Shown: positions 1 to 10,901, counted from the first letter of the stretch. The stretch: DNA of 64,000 bases from an uncultured Dehalococcoidaceae bacterium (GCA_964493435.1 CAZBMB010000001.1:223486-287485), one strand, 5' to 3'. Numbers and translations: made by a program. The notes: generated by a model not told the origin, from the sequence alone.

Positions 1-917
1 CCAGTCTGGTAGACCTTGACGCAATACGCAAATCAAGACTTAACATAATAATAGATTCCATGCACGGTGCCGGCATGGGTTATTTGAAAGGATTGCTTCA
101 GGGCGGACGCGCTGGCGTGACCGAGATAAATGGCGAGCGCAATCCGCTTTTTCCGGATATGGTGCGGCCCGAGCCGATAGCCGTCAACCTCAAACGATTA
201 TCGGCACTGGTCAGGGAACAGGGGGCCAGCGTTGGGCTGGCGACCGATGGCGATGCCGACCGCGTGGGCGTAATAGATGAAAAGGGCAACTTTATCACTC
301 CGCTGCAGACATTCGCCCTGCTCTGTCTCTACCTTCTGGAAACGCGCGGAGAGCGGGGCCCGCTGGTCAAGACCATCACCAGCTCAAGCATGCTCGACCG
401 ACTGGGCGAGCTGTATAATGTGTCGGTCTTTGAGACGACGGTTGGTTTTAAATACGTGGCGCCAATCATGCACGCTGAAAACGCCCTCATTGGTGGCGAG
501 GAGAGTGGTGGCTACGGCTTCCGCGGCCACGTGGCCGAGCGCGACGGCATTCTGGCGGGCCTCTATTTTCTCGATTTCATGCTCAGGACGGGAAAAACGC
601 CCTCGGAGCTTTTAGAATACCTATACAGCAAGGTGGGCCCGCACTATTACCATCGCATAGATTCCGAGTTTCCGGAAAAGGAACGCCAGGCGATTACCAA
701 GCGACTGCAGGACAATCCTCCGGAAGAAATTGAAGGTGTTAAGGTGGCTAAAGTGGAAACCGCCGACGGCTTCCGCTATATCCTGGCGGATAACAGCTGG
801 CTGCTGGTAAGGTTTTCCGGCACGGAGCCCGTGCTCCGCATCTACGCCGAGAGTGGTTCTGATGCCAGGGTGAAAAAGCTGCTGGAGGCGGGGAAAAAAC
901 TGGCGGGGATAAAATAG
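1..917 (+). CDS. phosphoglucomutase/phosphomannomutase family protein (alpha-D-phosphohexomutase), 5' end outside window
   Basis: Frame is open from nt 3 (SLVDLDAIRKSRLNIIIDSMHGAG...), so the M at 60 is internal. Metal-binding loop TDGDADR and sugar loop GGEESGG are phosphohexomutase hallmarks. Confidence 0.85.
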   Translation, partial: SLVDLDAIRKSRLNIIIDSMHGAGMGYLKGLLQGGRAGVTEINGERNPLFPDMVRPEPIAVNLKRLSALVREQGASVGLATDGDADRVGVIDEKGNFITPLQTFALLCLYLLETRGERGPLVKTITSSSMLDRLGELYNVSVFETTVGFKYVAPIMHAENALIGGEESGGYGFRGHVAERDGILAGLYFLDFMLRTGKTPSELLEYLYSKVGPHYYHRIDSEFPEKERQAITKRLQDNPPEEIEGVKVAKVETADGFRYILADNSWLLVRFSGTEPVLRIYAESGSDARVKKLLEAGKKLAGIK

Positions 918-932
918 ATTATTAATTATTAA

Positions 933-1019
933 CCTCGCCCCCTGTGCTCCCCCTTCTTCCTTAAGAGGAGAGGGGGAAGTTTTTTAAAAGAGGGGCTGGC
1001 GCCCCTCTTAAACACCCTG
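933..1019. repeat. Copy A of an ~85-nt two-hairpin intergenic repeat (inverted relative to copy B at 52516-52598)
   Basis: Hand alignment to the reverse complement of 52516-52598 gives about 80% identity. Shared blocks are CCTCrCCCCCTGTG, AGGAGAGGGGGAAG and AGAGGGGC-loop-GCCCCTCTTAAAC-CCCTG. Second hairpin is at 989-1008. Confidence 0.7.
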
Positions 1020-1061
1020 AAACAAGGGAAGGGGGATAGGTTGCTGGACTGCCTTAAAAGC

Positions 1062-1100
1062 AAAAGCAACGGCTAGAATGAGGTAAACCGTTGCTTTTTT
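1062..1100. terminator. Intrinsic terminator hairpin between convergent genes (possibly bidirectional)
   Basis: GCAACGG (1066-1072) pairs with CCGTTGC (1088-1094). It is followed by TTTTTT (1095-1100) and preceded by an A-run. Confidence 0.6.
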
Positions 1101-1116
1101 CTCTTAATCTTAAAGC

Positions 1117-1515
1117 TTACCGCTTGGTGTACTGAGGTGCCTTGCGTGCTCGCCTGAGCCCCGGCTTCTTTCTTTCCTTCACGCGCGGGTCGCGGGTAAG
1201 CAGGCCGTTCTGGCGCAGGACAGGCTTGAGGCTCTCATCCGCTGCCACAAGGGCGCGGGCAATGCCGTGTGAGATAGCACCGCTCTGTCCGGTGTTGCCC
1301 CCGCCATTCACCTTGACCATGGCATTGTATTTGCCCAGGCTTTCCGTGACCAGCAGAGGCTGCAATATGGTGCGGCGGTGTTCAACGCTGGTAAACAGCT
1401 CTTCAAAGGGTACGCCATTAATAATTATGGCGCCATTGCCGGGCAAAATTCTCACCTGGGCTACTGAGGTCTTTCTCCGTCCGGTACCGTTAAAATAGGA
1501 TTGTTTTGCTGTCAT
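1117..1515 (-). CDS. rpsI: 30S ribosomal protein S9
   Basis: 132 aa; GTGRRKTSVAQVRI and C-terminal RKAPQYTKR are typical of S9; paired with rplM. Confidence 0.95.
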   Translation of the reverse strand: MTAKQSYFNGTGRRKTSVAQVRILPGNGAIIINGVPFEELFTSVEHRRTILQPLLVTESLGKYNAMVKVNGGGNTGQSGAISHGIARALVAADESLKPVLRQNGLLTRDPRVKERKKPGLRRARKAPQYTKR

Positions 1516-1974
1516 TTAGCTTACCTTCTGTTTTTCTGTCTTTGGCTCGGTGCTCGGTGATTGGGTTATCTGGGCGAGGTGCGGGTGCGCATCACCGGCG
1601 TAGACCCTGAGTTTTTTAAACATCTGCGCGCCCAGTCTGGTGCGCGGCAGCATACCCCTGACCGCATGCTCGACCACGCGAGTTGGGTTATCCTGCATCA
1701 TTTTTTCCAGCGGTATGCTCTTGAATCCCCCGGGATAGCCGGAATGTCGGTAGTAATGTTTCTCTTTCTGTTTATTGCCCGTAACCCTGACCTTCTCGGC
1801 ATTGACGACCACCACGTTGTCGCCGGTATCAAGATTGGGGCTGAAAATCGGCTTGTGTTTGCCCATAAGCCGGCTGGCTGCTTCCGTGGCCAGCTTGCCC
1901 AGCGTCTTATCGGCGGCATCAATCACATGCCACTTGCGCTCAACTTCTTTGCTTTTGGTGGCGTGAGTTTTCAA
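1516..1974 (-). CDS. rplM: 50S ribosomal protein L13
   Basis: 152 aa; N-terminus [17 protein letters not shown] is the L13 signature; abuts rpsI. Confidence 0.95.
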   Translation of the reverse strand: MKTHATKSKEVERKWHVIDAADKTLGKLATEAASRLMGKHKPIFSPNLDTGDNVVVVNAEKVRVTGNKQKEKHYYRHSGYPGGFKSIPLEKMMQDNPTRVVEHAVRGMLPRTRLGAQMFKKLRVYAGDAHPHLAQITQSPSTEPKTEKQKVS

Positions 1975-2726
1975 TTACGCAGCTCCTCCCAGGAATGTGG
2001 ATAATTCACCTGCATCAGGCACAGCCCGCAGGCAGGCGCCGTTGGCCCGGCCAGCCCGGGCTTCCTCTTTTCTAATATACTACGAAATTCGTCAGCTGTC
2101 ATCTTTCCCAGCCCGACCCTGATGAGTGCCCCTATCGTATTCCGCACCTGGTGCGGCAGAAAAGCATTGGCAATGATGCGAAAAGTAACCAGGTCGCCGT
2201 CCTTGGTTACGTCAGCCTGATAGACGCGGCGTACGGTGCTCTTCGTCTTGCTTTCCAGTGCCGTGGCAAATGAGGCAAAATCATGTTCACCGATGAGGCA
2301 CTGGCAGGCTTCATTCATCGCCGCCACATCCAGCCTGCCGGGTACATGGTGGGCAAAGCGGTGCCGGGTGGGGGAGCGGGCGGCGCGATTTAGTATAAGG
2401 TAGTGGTATTCCCGACTAGCCGCATCGCGGCGGACGTTGAAAGCGTCTCTTACCCTGTAAGCGTCCTTCACCGCAATATCTTCGGGCAGGTAATAGTTCA
2501 GGCCGCCGACAAATGCGTGTTCCGGCAATGACGAGGTGGTGCGCAAACTCACCACCTGCTCGCGAGCGTGAACGCCGGTGTCGGTGCGACTGGCCGCCAG
2601 TATGCGGATTTTTTCTCCGGTAAGCTTCAGCAATGCCGACTCAATCTCGCCCTGGACGGTGGACTGTTTAGCCTGTAGCTGAAAACCGTAGTATTTTGTG
2701 CCGTCATATTCCATAATCAGTACCAT
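1971..2726 (-). CDS. truA: tRNA pseudouridine(38-40) synthase TruA
   Basis: The ORF runs to 2924 but that part overlaps rplQ. ATG at 2724-2726 gives [16 protein letters not shown], a canonical TruA N-terminus, and the catalytic RTDTGVHA motif is present. Confidence 0.85.
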   Translation of the reverse strand: MVLIMEYDGTKYYGFQLQAKQSTVQGEIESALLKLTGEKIRILAASRTDTGVHAREQVVSLRTTSSLPEHAFVGGLNYYLPEDIAVKDAYRVRDAFNVRRDAASREYHYLILNRAARSPTRHRFAHHVPGRLDVAAMNEACQCLIGEHDFASFATALESKTKSTVRRVYQADVTKDGDLVTFRIIANAFLPHQVRNTIGALIRVGLGKMTADEFRSILEKRKPGLAGPTAPACGLCLMQVNYPHSWEELRN

Positions 2727-2781
2727 TCTGATGTGCTCTGCCAAGCTGATAACCCCTTTATTTCCGCAATAGTGACGGCGG

Positions 2782-3135
2782 TTACTCGACCAGTGAGAGC
2801 TGCACCATGGGTGCGCCATCTCCCAATCTGGGCCCCAGCTTGATGATGCGGGTGTAACCGCCGGGTCGCTCGGCGTATCGTGTGGCCAGCTCGGAAAATA
2901 CCTTATCGGCCACATCCTTGTCATATATAAAGGACAGCGTCTGGCGGAAGGCGCTCAAACCACCTTTCTTGCCCAGCGTAATCATCTTTTCGGCAAGGCT
3001 GCGCACTTCCTTCGCCTTCGGCTCACTGGTAACAATCTTTTCATGTCTGAGCAGGTCAGTCACTAGATTGCGGTACAGCGCTCTGCGGTGGCCGGTTGGT
3101 CTGCTTAATTTTCTGCCCGCTACATTATGTCTCAT
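2782..3135 (-). CDS. rplQ: 50S ribosomal protein L17
   Basis: 117 aa; [20 protein letters not shown] is the L17 N-terminus; follows rpoA. Confidence 0.95.
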   Translation of the reverse strand: MRHNVAGRKLSRPTGHRRALYRNLVTDLLRHEKIVTSEPKAKEVRSLAEKMITLGKKGGLSAFRQTLSFIYDKDVADKVFSELATRYAERPGGYTRIIKLGPRLGDGAPMVQLSLVE

Positions 3136-4156
3136 CTTCAGCTTCTCCAGATGGCGGTTCGGTTTCTTCTGGCAGGTCTGTACCCGTGTCGGTCTCCGCT
3201 GGCTCTGTCTCTTCTATAAGTCCGGTCTGTGGTGAGAGGGACAGTCCCAGTTCCTTCAGTTTATCTTCTATCTCGTGAAACGATTTCTGACCGAAGTTGC
3301 GCAGCTGGAGCAGGTCTTTGGGTTTTTTACTGATGAGTTCGCCGACCGTGGTGATGCCGCCGCGCCTGAGACAATTCATCGTCCGCACGGAGAGGTCAAG
3401 CTGCTCCACGGGCATATTATATTTCTCGTCGGGGATGGAGAGACGGATAAGCTGCTCTTCGGCTTTCATCTGGGACACCTTGACGTAATCAACAAATGGG
3501 CTGAGCTGCTCTACCAGGATGCCGGCAGCGCGGCTTATGGCATCAACCGGCGTCGTGGTACCGTCGGTCCATATGTCCAGGACCAGACGCTCGTGACTGG
3601 TCTCACGCCCAACGTGAACCGGCTCGGTGTTGAAGTTGACTTTGCGTGTCGGAGAAAAGACGGCGTCAACGGGGATGGTACCCACCGGCATGCCCTCACT
3701 TGACTCGGCCGTTCGGTAGCCCTCGCCCAGCTCTATATCAAACTCCACGTAGAGCTTGGCCTCTGGGGAATCCAGTGTAATCAGGCTGATTTCCGGATTG
3801 GTGATTTCAAAATCAGTCGATGGCTTGATATCCGCGGCGCAGACTTGGCCCTCACCCTGCACATCCAGGATTAGCTTCCCGGCTTGACCGGAAAGCGGCT
3901 TTATCCGTATCGCCTTGACATTGAGTAAGAAATCGGTGACATCTTCCTTGGCATGAGGAATGGTGGTGAATTCATGCCTGACACCTTCAATCCTGACCTG
4001 TGTTACCGCCGCACCGGGAAGGTGGCCCAGCAATACACGACGCAGGGCGTTGCCGAGCGTAATGCCAAAGCCGCGCTCCAGTGGCTCGGCGGTGAACCGG
4101 CCGAAGTTGTCCTCACTCTCCACACAATCGATTTTCGGTATTATCAGACGAGACAA
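3125..4156 (-). CDS. rpoA: DNA-directed RNA polymerase subunit alpha
   Basis: 343 aa; [16 protein letters not shown]-terminal domain motif and a helix-hairpin-helix C-terminal domain ([20 protein letters not shown]); acidic C-terminal tail; rpsD-rpoA-rplQ order. Confidence 0.95.
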   Translation of the reverse strand: MSRLIIPKIDCVESEDNFGRFTAEPLERGFGITLGNALRRVLLGHLPGAAVTQVRIEGVRHEFTTIPHAKEDVTDFLLNVKAIRIKPLSGQAGKLILDVQGEGQVCAADIKPSTDFEITNPEISLITLDSPEAKLYVEFDIELGEGYRTAESSEGMPVGTIPVDAVFSPTRKVNFNTEPVHVGRETSHERLVLDIWTDGTTTPVDAISRAAGILVEQLSPFVDYVKVSQMKAEEQLIRLSIPDEKYNMPVEQLDLSVRTMNCLRRGGITTVGELISKKPKDLLQLRNFGQKSFHEIEDKLKELGLSLSPQTGLIEETEPAETDTGTDLPEETEPPSGEAEDET

Positions 4157-4177
4157 AAGTCTCTACCTCCTTGCTTA

Positions 4178-4804
4178 TTATCGTGAATAGTGTTCCACAA
4201 TCGTCTTGCCGTCGAACGTGGCCTCTATGTCTTCCGGTGTGGGCAGGGAAACCACCTGTCCCACCAGTTTCTTTTTATCCAGGCTCAACCATTCCGGCAC
4301 TACCTTGGCTTCAATCGTCTGCGTTAACTGTTTGCAGTATTCCGATTTGGTGCTTTCTTTGCGCCAGCCAATGGTATCCCCCTCCTTCACCAGCGCCGAA
4401 GGGATGTCTGTCTTGCGGTCATTTAGGGTAATATGTCCATGTCTGACCAGCTGGCGCGCCTGATTTCGTGAGTCAGAGAAACCAAGACGATACACGATGT
4501 TGTCCAGTCGCCTCTCCAGCAGGATGAGCAGGTTATCGCCGGTGACACCCGCCTGCTTAGACGCCTCAGCGAAAATTCTCCGGAACTGCCTCTCCAGCAT
4601 GCCGTAGCTGTAACGAGCTTTCTGTTTCTCACGGAGCTGCATGCCGCGGTCGGATATCTTCGGTCGCCTGCGGAACTGCTGTCCCGGGGGTCTGGGCCGC
4701 TTATCCACACTGCACTTTGGCGTGAAACAGCGGTCGCCCTTCAGGAAGAGCTTTTCGCCGCTGCGGCGGCACATCCGACATACTGCGCCAGCGTATCTTG
4801 CCAT
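4178..4804 (-). CDS. rpsD: 30S ribosomal protein S4
   Basis: 208 aa; [14 protein letters not shown]... with an S4 RNA-binding domain ([14 protein letters not shown]). Confidence 0.95.
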   Translation of the reverse strand: MARYAGAVCRMCRRSGEKLFLKGDRCFTPKCSVDKRPRPPGQQFRRRPKISDRGMQLREKQKARYSYGMLERQFRRIFAEASKQAGVTGDNLLILLERRLDNIVYRLGFSDSRNQARQLVRHGHITLNDRKTDIPSALVKEGDTIGWRKESTKSEYCKQLTQTIEAKVVPEWLSLDKKKLVGQVVSLPTPEDIEATFDGKTIVEHYSR

Positions 4805-4816
4805 TTTTCCTCTCTT

Positions 4817-5209
4817 CTACACTCGTCGTCTTTTGGGCGGGCGGCAACCGTTATGGGGAATGGGGGTAACGTCTTTGATGCCCGTAATATAAAGTCCGGA
4901 ACTCTGCAGTGAACGAATGGCTGCCTCACGACCGCTGCCCGGGCCTTTCACGAAGACCTCAACCTGGCGCAGGCCGTGCATCATTGCCTTTCGTACCGCC
5001 TCGCGAGCTGCCATCTGAGCGGCGTAGGGAGTACCTTTGCGGGAACCTTTGAAACCGGACGTGCCTGAGCTTCCCCAGGCGATCACATTGCCTTCAGGGT
5101 CGGTCAGGGTAACGATGGTATTGTTAAAGGTGGACTGAATGTAGGCCTTCCCTACCGGTATATTCTTGCGTTCCCGTCGTCTGGTCCTCGCTCGCTTCTT
5201 CTGTGCCAT
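4817..5209 (-). CDS. rpsK: 30S ribosomal protein S11
   Basis: 130 aa; [14 protein letters not shown] and the [14 protein letters not shown]-terminus. Confidence 0.95.
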   Translation of the reverse strand: MAQKKRARTRRRERKNIPVGKAYIQSTFNNTIVTLTDPEGNVIAWGSSGTSGFKGSRKGTPYAAQMAAREAVRKAMMHGLRQVEVFVKGPGSGREAAIRSLQSSGLYITGIKDVTPIPHNGCRPPKRRRV

Positions 5210-5234
5210 AATAGACTCCTTATATTAACCCTGT

Positions 5235-5624
5235 TTATTTCTTGGCCATACCTCTCCTCTGACCTCTGCCGGCCACGGTCTTACGCTCGCCGCGCCGGGC
5301 TCGGGCATTGGTTCGGGTGCGCTGCCCTCTTGCCGGCAGGTTGCGGCGATGCCTGCTGCCGCGGTAGCTGCCGATTTCAATAAGGCGCTTCATGTTCATC
5401 TGAATCTCGCGTTTGAGTTCGCCTTCTACTTTATACTGCTTGTCAATGACCTCGCGCAGTTTATTGACTTCGTCTTCGGTGAGCTCGCTGACCTTGGTAT
5501 CGGGGTTGATGTTGGTCTGAGCTAGAATCCGGCGGCTCAGATGAGGCCCGATACCGTAAATATATTGCAGAGATATCCAGGTGTGTTTATCTCTCGGTAT
5601 GTCAACTCCAGCAATTCGTGCCAT
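5235..5624 (-). CDS. rpsM: 30S ribosomal protein S13
   Basis: 129 aa; [13 protein letters not shown] ... [22 protein letters not shown]. Confidence 0.95.
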   Translation of the reverse strand: MARIAGVDIPRDKHTWISLQYIYGIGPHLSRRILAQTNINPDTKVSELTEDEVNKLREVIDKQYKVEGELKREIQMNMKRLIEIGSYRGSRHRRNLPARGQRTRTNARARRGERKTVAGRGQRRGMAKK

Positions 5625-5636
5625 CCTGTTGCCTCC

Positions 5637-5750
5637 TTATCCCTGGCGCTGCTTATGCTTCGGGTTGGAACAGATTACTCTGACCACGCCGTGCCTTTTC
5701 ACCACTTTGCATTTTTCACATCGCACTTTGGCCGATGCTTTCACTTTCAT
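5637..5750 (-). CDS. rpmJ: 50S ribosomal protein L36
   Basis: Too short for the ORF track. Hand translation of the minus strand gives [37 protein letters not shown] (37 aa), lying between infA and rpsM. Confidence 0.9.
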   Translation of the reverse strand: MKVKASAKVRCEKCKVVKRHGVVRVICSNPKHKQRQG

Positions 5751-5767
5751 TATACTAATCCTTTAAC

Positions 5768-5986
5768 CTACTTAAAACGATAGACTATCCGGCCCCGACC
5801 GAGGTCGTAAGGGGAGAGCTCAACCAGCACCTTGTCTCCGGGCAGGACCCGGATGTAATGCATCCGTATCTTGCCGGAGATGTGCGCCAGCACCACATGC
5901 CCGTTCGCCAGTTCAACGCGGAACATGGCATTTGGCAGGGCTTCAAGTACAGTTCCTTCAACCTCAATAGTCTCTTTCTTAGGCAT
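5768..5986 (-). CDS. infA: translation initiation factor IF-1
   Basis: 72 aa; S1-like fold sequence [33 protein letters not shown]. Confidence 0.95.
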   Translation of the reverse strand: MPKKETIEVEGTVLEALPNAMFRVELANGHVVLAHISGKIRMHYIRVLPGDKVLVELSPYDLGRGRIVYRFK

Positions 5987-6737
5987 GTACTTCTTTGGTC
6001 AGTACCTCCGGTTCGCCGTCAGTAATGGCAATGGTATGTTCAAAGTGTGCCGAAAGGCTGCCATCAGCCGTCAGCACCGTCCACTGGTCATCGGCAACGC
6101 GGGTGCGCCAGTCGCCAGCATTAACCATCGGTTCCAGGGCGAGGGTCATTCCCTTTTTCAATACTGGCCCTGAATCAGAGGGGCCGAAATTGGGTATCTG
6201 CGGCTCCTCATGCATCTCGCGACCAATGCCGTGTCCTGTGTACTCCCGGACCACAGAGTAGCCTCTGGATTCAGCGTAGTCCTGTATGGCATGGGAAATA
6301 CTTCCCAACCTGGCACCGACACGGGCGGCAGCGATGCCCGCTTCCAGAGCGCCCCCGGTGGTTTCAATCAGGGCTTCGGCTTTCTGGCTAATCCTGCCCA
6401 CGCCAACGGTTGCCGCGACATCTCCCTGGAAGCCATCATAAATGGCGCCAAAATCAAGGGAAACGATATCTCCCTCGTGGAGCACCTTCTTTCCCGGTAT
6501 CCCGTGCACGATTTCGTCGTTCACCGACACGCACAGATTGGACGGAAAGCCGCGGTAGCCCTTGAACGATGACCTGCCGCCAAGTTTTTCCAGCTCTCTG
6601 GCGGCTATGGTGTCCAGTTCTTTGGTTTCCATTTCCGGTCTTATATTAGCCACTATTGTTTTTAATACCATCGCGGTGATTCTGCCTGCCTGGCGCATGG
6701 CCGCGATTTCATCCTCAGTTTTAATGATAATCGTCAT
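5979..6737 (-). CDS. map: type I methionine aminopeptidase
   Basis: 252 aa; metal-ligand context [28 protein letters not shown] and FEHT. Confidence 0.93.
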   Translation of the reverse strand: MTIIIKTEDEIAAMRQAGRITAMVLKTIVANIRPEMETKELDTIAARELEKLGGRSSFKGYRGFPSNLCVSVNDEIVHGIPGKKVLHEGDIVSLDFGAIYDGFQGDVAATVGVGRISQKAEALIETTGGALEAGIAAARVGARLGSISHAIQDYAESRGYSVVREYTGHGIGREMHEEPQIPNFGPSDSGPVLKKGMTLALEPMVNAGDWRTRVADDQWTVLTADGSLSAHFEHTIAITDGEPEVLTKEVHA

Positions 6738-7399
6738 CGGGTGACTAGCTTCTCCTCGTGGAGGGCAGACACGATTTTTCGTGTTACCTCTGCCACGCTG
6801 CTTTCTCCTTCAACCTCCAGTAGTTTGCCCTGACGGCGATAATAGGCAATAAGCGGTGCCGTTTCGGCGAAGTATACGTCAAGGCGCTTCTTTACCGTTC
6901 CCGGTTCATCATCGGGGCGCTGGTAAAGTTCACCGCCGCACTTATCGCATTTTCCCTCCACAGCGGAAGGAGAGTTGACCGTATTATAGACTGCCTGACA
7001 CTGCCGGCACAGCCAGCGACTGCTCAGTCGGCTGACCAGTTCCTCTTCAGATACCCCGATATAAACCACTTTGTCAACTGGCTTTCCCTGTTCGGCAAGG
7101 GCACTATCCAGTGCTTCTGCCTGCGGCAAATTGCGGGGGAAGCCATCCAGAATGACCCCGTTTTCACAGTCAGGAGCAGACAACCGTTCTATCACCATCT
7201 GTATGGTTATCTTGTCGGGAACGAGCACCCCCTTTTCCATATAGGCCTTCGCCTGCTTGCCCAGCTCTGTTCCCTGCTCCAGTGCCCGCCGGAACAGGTC
7301 GCCGGACGAAACATGGACCAGATTCAATTTCTGAGCGACCATCGCGGCCTGTGTTCCCTTGCCGGCCCCTGGTGCCCCCACAAAAATTATATTATACAA
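6734..7399 (-). CDS. adk: adenylate kinase (zinc-lid type)
   Basis: 221 aa; P-loop GAPGAGKGTQ; lid with CRQC...CDKCG cysteines. Confidence 0.93.
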   Translation of the reverse strand: MYNIIFVGAPGAGKGTQAAMVAQKLNLVHVSSGDLFRRALEQGTELGKQAKAYMEKGVLVPDKITIQMVIERLSAPDCENGVILDGFPRNLPQAEALDSALAEQGKPVDKVVYIGVSEEELVSRLSSRWLCRQCQAVYNTVNSPSAVEGKCDKCGGELYQRPDDEPGTVKKRLDVYFAETAPLIAYYRRQGKLLEVEGESSVAEVTRKIVSALHEEKLVTR

Positions 7400-7484
7400 C
7401 GTTTATCCCTACTTTGATAAGCCTTGTCGGCCATATTTTCAGTGTTATCTCTAAAGCACTTCTTGTCGTTGTTCTCCCTGTGCA

Positions 7485-8756
7485 TTATCTTATGAAACCT
7501 TCGTAGCGCCGCATCACGAGCTGCGCTTCAAGTTGTTTCATGGTGTCCAGCACCACGCCCACCATAATGAGCAGGCCCAGGCTGGAGAGCTGTATGACCT
7601 GAATATTGGTTATCTGCTGGGCAGCAAAAGGCATGACCGCCACACAGGCCAGGAACAGAGCGCCACCCCAGGTAATGCGATTGATAACGCCATTGAGGTA
7701 GCCCTGGGTGTTTTTCCCCGGCCTGATGCCGGGAATAAATCCGCCCTGACGCTGCAGGACTCCCGGCAGGTCCTGCTGCTGGTAGATGACCATGGTATAG
7801 AAGAAGGTGAAGGCAACAGCCATGATGAAGTAGAGACCCCAGTAGAATAGCCCCACGGGCATGGCAGCTCTCGGGTTAAACAGTTTCATGACCCAGTCAG
7901 CGAAGTTAGGCTCAGCCGGATTGGAGAAGTAGCTGGCCACGATTCCCGGAAACAGGACGATGGACATGGCGAAGATAAGTGGTATCATGCCGGCCGCGTT
8001 CACCCGGAGCGGTATATGGGTGGTTCCGGAATGGCGATACATCCGGCCGCTGCGAAAGACGCTCTTGGCGTACTGCACCGGTATGCGGCGGTGTGCCTCA
8101 GTAAAGATGACGATGACCATGATGGTGACAACCACCAGGAGGATGTATACGGAAAGACCGAAGAAATTCTCTCTGGCCAGGAAGCCCTGCCCGATCATTT
8201 CCGGTAGCCGCGCGACGATGCCGCCGAAGATAATTATGGATATACCGTTGCCGATGCCGTATTCCGTGATTAGCTCGCCGAGCCACACCAGAAATATGGT
8301 GCCGGCCACCATGGAAAGCACCATCGCCGTCATGGCCAGAGGCGCGGTGCTGGCGAGCACGCCCTCGCGCTGCAGGTAGACAAGCTGGCCGTAGCCCGTG
8401 ATAGCGGCCATCGGTATCACCAGCCAGTGGGTAATCAGGTTTATCTTATTTCTGCCGGCCTCTCCTTCACGGGAAAGGGCATTCAGGCGGGGGATTACCG
8501 GCACCAGCAGCATCATGATAATTGAGGCGGTGATATACGGATAAACACCCATCGCTGCGATACTGAGTCGGCGCATGGCCCCGCCGCTGAACATGTCCAG
8601 CATACCGAGCAGGGCATTGCGTTCAAACAGCGCCTGCAGGGCGGTCTGGTCCACGCCTGGAAGCGGTACGTGGGCGACAAAGCGGAAGATGACCAGAATG
8701 CCGACGGTGATGAGGATGCGGCGCCTCAGGTCGGGCAGGCTGAAAGCGTCGAACAT
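7485..8756 (-). CDS. secY: preprotein translocase subunit SecY
   Basis: Multi-pass membrane protein in the rplO-secY-adk position. The ORF extends to 8819 but overlaps rplO, so ATG at 8754-8756 (MFDAFSLPDLRRRILITVG) was chosen. The start is somewhat uncertain. Confidence 0.9.
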   Translation of the reverse strand: MFDAFSLPDLRRRILITVGILVIFRFVAHVPLPGVDQTALQALFERNALLGMLDMFSGGAMRRLSIAAMGVYPYITASIIMMLLVPVIPRLNALSREGEAGRNKINLITHWLVIPMAAITGYGQLVYLQREGVLASTAPLAMTAMVLSMVAGTIFLVWLGELITEYGIGNGISIIIFGGIVARLPEMIGQGFLARENFFGLSVYILLVVVTIMVIVIFTEAHRRIPVQYAKSVFRSGRMYRHSGTTHIPLRVNAAGMIPLIFAMSIVLFPGIVASYFSNPAEPNFADWVMKLFNPRAAMPVGLFYWGLYFIMAVAFTFFYTMVIYQQQDLPGVLQRQGGFIPGIRPGKNTQGYLNGVINRITWGGALFLACVAVMPFAAQQITNIQVIQLSSLGLLIMVGVVLDTMKQLEAQLVMRRYEGFIR

Positions 8757-8775
8757 TGCCTGAAGCAGGCGCGGC

Positions 8776-9240
8776 CTACTTGGTCTGGGCCGCATACTCC
8801 ACCTCCTCGGTTTTGCCACCAGCTGCCTCTATCTTAGCTTTCGCGGCTGCGGAAAACTTGTTGGCCCTGACGTTGACAGCATGACTGACCTCACCGCTGG
8901 CCAGAATTTTCACCGGCTGCCGTAGTGTTTTCACCAGGCCGGCAGCGTGCATCTTTTCTGGCGTCACCTCGCTGCCCGGCTCAAATACATTCAATTTGTT
9001 CACATTGACGGTGCTGTACTCTTTGCGGAATATATTGACGAAACCGCGTTTGCGGGGCAGGCGTTTTATTAACGGTAGCTGCCCGCCCTCGAAGCCCGGG
9101 CGCATCTTGTCGCCGCTGCGGGACTTCTGTCCTTTCAGGCCCTTCCCGGCATAGGTGCCGTGGCCACTGGCGTTGCCGCGTCCGATCCGCTTGCGGGCTC
9201 TCTTGGCCCCCGACGGCGGTGCGATGTTATTTTGCCTCAC
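8776..9240 (-). CDS. rplO: 50S ribosomal protein L15
   Basis: 154 aa; RIGRGNASGHGTYAGKGLKGQKSRSG. Confidence 0.95.
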   Translation of the reverse strand: MRQNNIAPPSGAKRARKRIGRGNASGHGTYAGKGLKGQKSRSGDKMRPGFEGGQLPLIKRLPRKRGFVNIFRKEYSTVNVNKLNVFEPGSEVTPEKMHAAGLVKTLRQPVKILASGEVSHAVNVRANKFSAAAKAKIEAAGGKTEEVEYAAQTK

Positions 9241-9418
9241 TGGCTTCCTCCACCTTGACCAGATGCCTGACCTTATTAATCATACCCCGCAGGGACATGG
9301 AGTCATCGTGAACGACGCTCTGGTTCAGACGGTGGAAACCGAGTGATTCCAGAGTGCGCCGCTGTGACTCCTCATAGCCGATAGCGCTTTTTATCCAGGT
9401 AATGCGCAGCTTAGTCAC
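9227..9418 (-). CDS. rpmD: 50S ribosomal protein L30
   Basis: The ORF extends into rpsE. GTG at 9416-9418 gives (M)[27 protein letters not shown], typical of L30, about 63 aa. Confidence 0.85.
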   Translation of the reverse strand: MTKLRITWIKSAIGYEESQRRTLESLGFHRLNQSVVHDDSMSLRGMINKVRHLVKVEEASEAK

Positions 9419-9947
9419 CTGTTCCCGCCTCCTCTTCAGTAACCGTTGCCTTGCGTTGGGCAACCTCCTCTACGGGGTCTCTAAGCTGGCTCAGACCAAA
9501 TATCGTTGCCTTGGCCACGTTGATGTGGTTGTCGCTGCCCAGGGACTTGGTCAGGATATCCTTGATACCACAGGCTTCAATGACGGCACGGGCGCTCCCG
9601 CCAGCAATCACGCCGGTGCCCGGAGCGGCCGGTTTGAGCATGACTCTGGCGGCGCCATACACGGCGGTAATCTCATGCGGTATGGTGCTCCCGACCATGG
9701 GTACTTTTATCAGGTTCTTTTTGGCGGCAACACCACCCTTGTTTATCGCTGCTGGCACCTCATTGGCTTTGCCGATTCCCAGTCCGACGTGACCATTGCC
9801 GTCCCCGGTGACTACTAGGGCGCTGAACCGGAGGCGTTTGCCGCCCTTCATTACCTTGGCCACGCGGTTAATGAACATGAGGCGGTCGTTCAGGGTCAGA
9901 TCCGCGGTATCAATTCGGCTAACTGTTTGCACAAGTTTATCGGCCAT
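9411..9947 (-). CDS. rpsE: 30S ribosomal protein S5
   Basis: 178 aa; [36 protein letters not shown]. Confidence 0.95.
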   Translation of the reverse strand: MADKLVQTVSRIDTADLTLNDRLMFINRVAKVMKGGKRLRFSALVVTGDGNGHVGLGIGKANEVPAAINKGGVAAKKNLIKVPMVGSTIPHEITAVYGAARVMLKPAAPGTGVIAGGSARAVIEACGIKDILTKSLGSDNHINVAKATIFGLSQLRDPVEEVAQRKATVTEEEAGTGD

Positions 9948-9959
9948 TTTAATATTCCT

Positions 9960-10325
9960 TTAAAATTTCAAACCATTTTTTCGGGCGGCTTCCGCCAGGG
10001 CTTTGACTCGCCCGTGGTATTTATAACCGCCCCTATCAAAGGCGATTTCTTTTACACCCTTGGCCAGTGCTTTTTTAGCGATGGCACTGCCGACCAGCTC
10101 GGCTTGACCGGATTTATTCTTGCCATTCATCTGAGCGCTGGTTTCCGCATCAAGCGTTGAGGCAGCAGCCAGTGTCTGCCCTTTTGTGTCATCAATGACC
10201 TGTGCATAGATGTGGTTCAGGCTGCGGAACACGCAGAGACGGGGCCGGCTGGGCGTGCCCTTTATTTGCGTCCTCACCCTTTGGTGTCGTCTGTGTCGTG
10301 CTACTCTGGACGTTGTTCTGGCCAT
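9960..10325 (-). CDS. rplR: 50S ribosomal protein L18
   Basis: 121 aa; [19 protein letters not shown] ... [26 protein letters not shown]. Confidence 0.95.
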   Translation of the reverse strand: MARTTSRVARHRRHQRVRTQIKGTPSRPRLCVFRSLNHIYAQVIDDTKGQTLAAASTLDAETSAQMNGKNKSGQAELVGSAIAKKALAKGVKEIAFDRGGYKYHGRVKALAEAARKNGLKF

Positions 10326-10327
10326 AG

Positions 10328-10879
10328 CTATTTCTTTCCAACCACCTTTCCGGCCTTACCCGGCTTGAGGTGGACTACCTCTCCAGCATATCGGATTCCC
10401 TTGCCTTTATAGGCATCAGGGGGGCGGATTTTCCTGATTCTGGCCGCCATTTCACCGACCACTTCTTTATCAATTCCGCTGACCTTAATACGGTTGTTGC
10501 CCTCAACGGAGAAGGTGATACCCGGCAGCGGCTCTACTTCCACGGTATGCGAATAGCCAACCCGGATTACCAGCTTCTCCCCGGATTTCTCCGCACGGTA
10601 GCCTACCCCCACTATTTCCAGCTGTTTTTCAAAGCCGTTGCTCACGCCGGTCACCATATTATCGATGAGACTCCTGGCGAGACCATGCTGAGAACGGTGT
10701 TCCCGGTCATCGCTGGGTCGCGTTACCATGAGTGTGTTATCCTGCTGGGTAACCGACATCTCCGGGTTGATGGCGCGACTCAGCTCGCCTTTCGGGCCGG
10801 TCACCTTCACCCGGCTTTTTTCAATGGTTACGGTTACCCCTGAAGGTATGGTTATGGGCATCCGTCCTATTCTTGACAT
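10328..10879 (-). CDS. rplF: 50S ribosomal protein L6
   Basis: The ORF extends to 11008, overlapping rpsH. ATG at 10877-10879 gives [17 protein letters not shown], the canonical L6 start. Confidence 0.92.
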   Translation of the reverse strand: MSRIGRMPITIPSGVTVTIEKSRVKVTGPKGELSRAINPEMSVTQQDNTLMVTRPSDDREHRSQHGLARSLIDNMVTGVSNGFEKQLEIVGVGYRAEKSGEKLVIRVGYSHTVEVEPLPGITFSVEGNNRIKVSGIDKEVVGEMAARIRKIRPPDAYKGKGIRYAGEVVHLKPGKAGKVVGKK

Positions 10880-10901
10880 GTCATATCGCTCCGCTTTCTG
10901 T

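Noticed and set aside
989-1008. G/C-rich hairpins at 989-1008, 33881-33907, 49173-49193 and 52527-52545 considered as a CRISPR-like or regularly spaced array
   Set aside because: They are isolated single copies tens of kb apart, with no regular spacing and no cas genes. Two are ordinary intrinsic terminators and two belong to the dispersed two-hairpin element.
2727-2924. 5' extensions of several track ORFs: truA to 2924, rplF to 11008, secY to 8819, rpmD to 9463, rplW to 16681, ispG from 51321, the REC-REC gene from 43646, and endonuclease IV from 30998
   Set aside because: Each extension overlaps the preceding conserved gene or the tRNA and adds non-conserved sequence. Internal starts reproduce the canonical N-termini and/or have better Shine-Dalgarno spacing.
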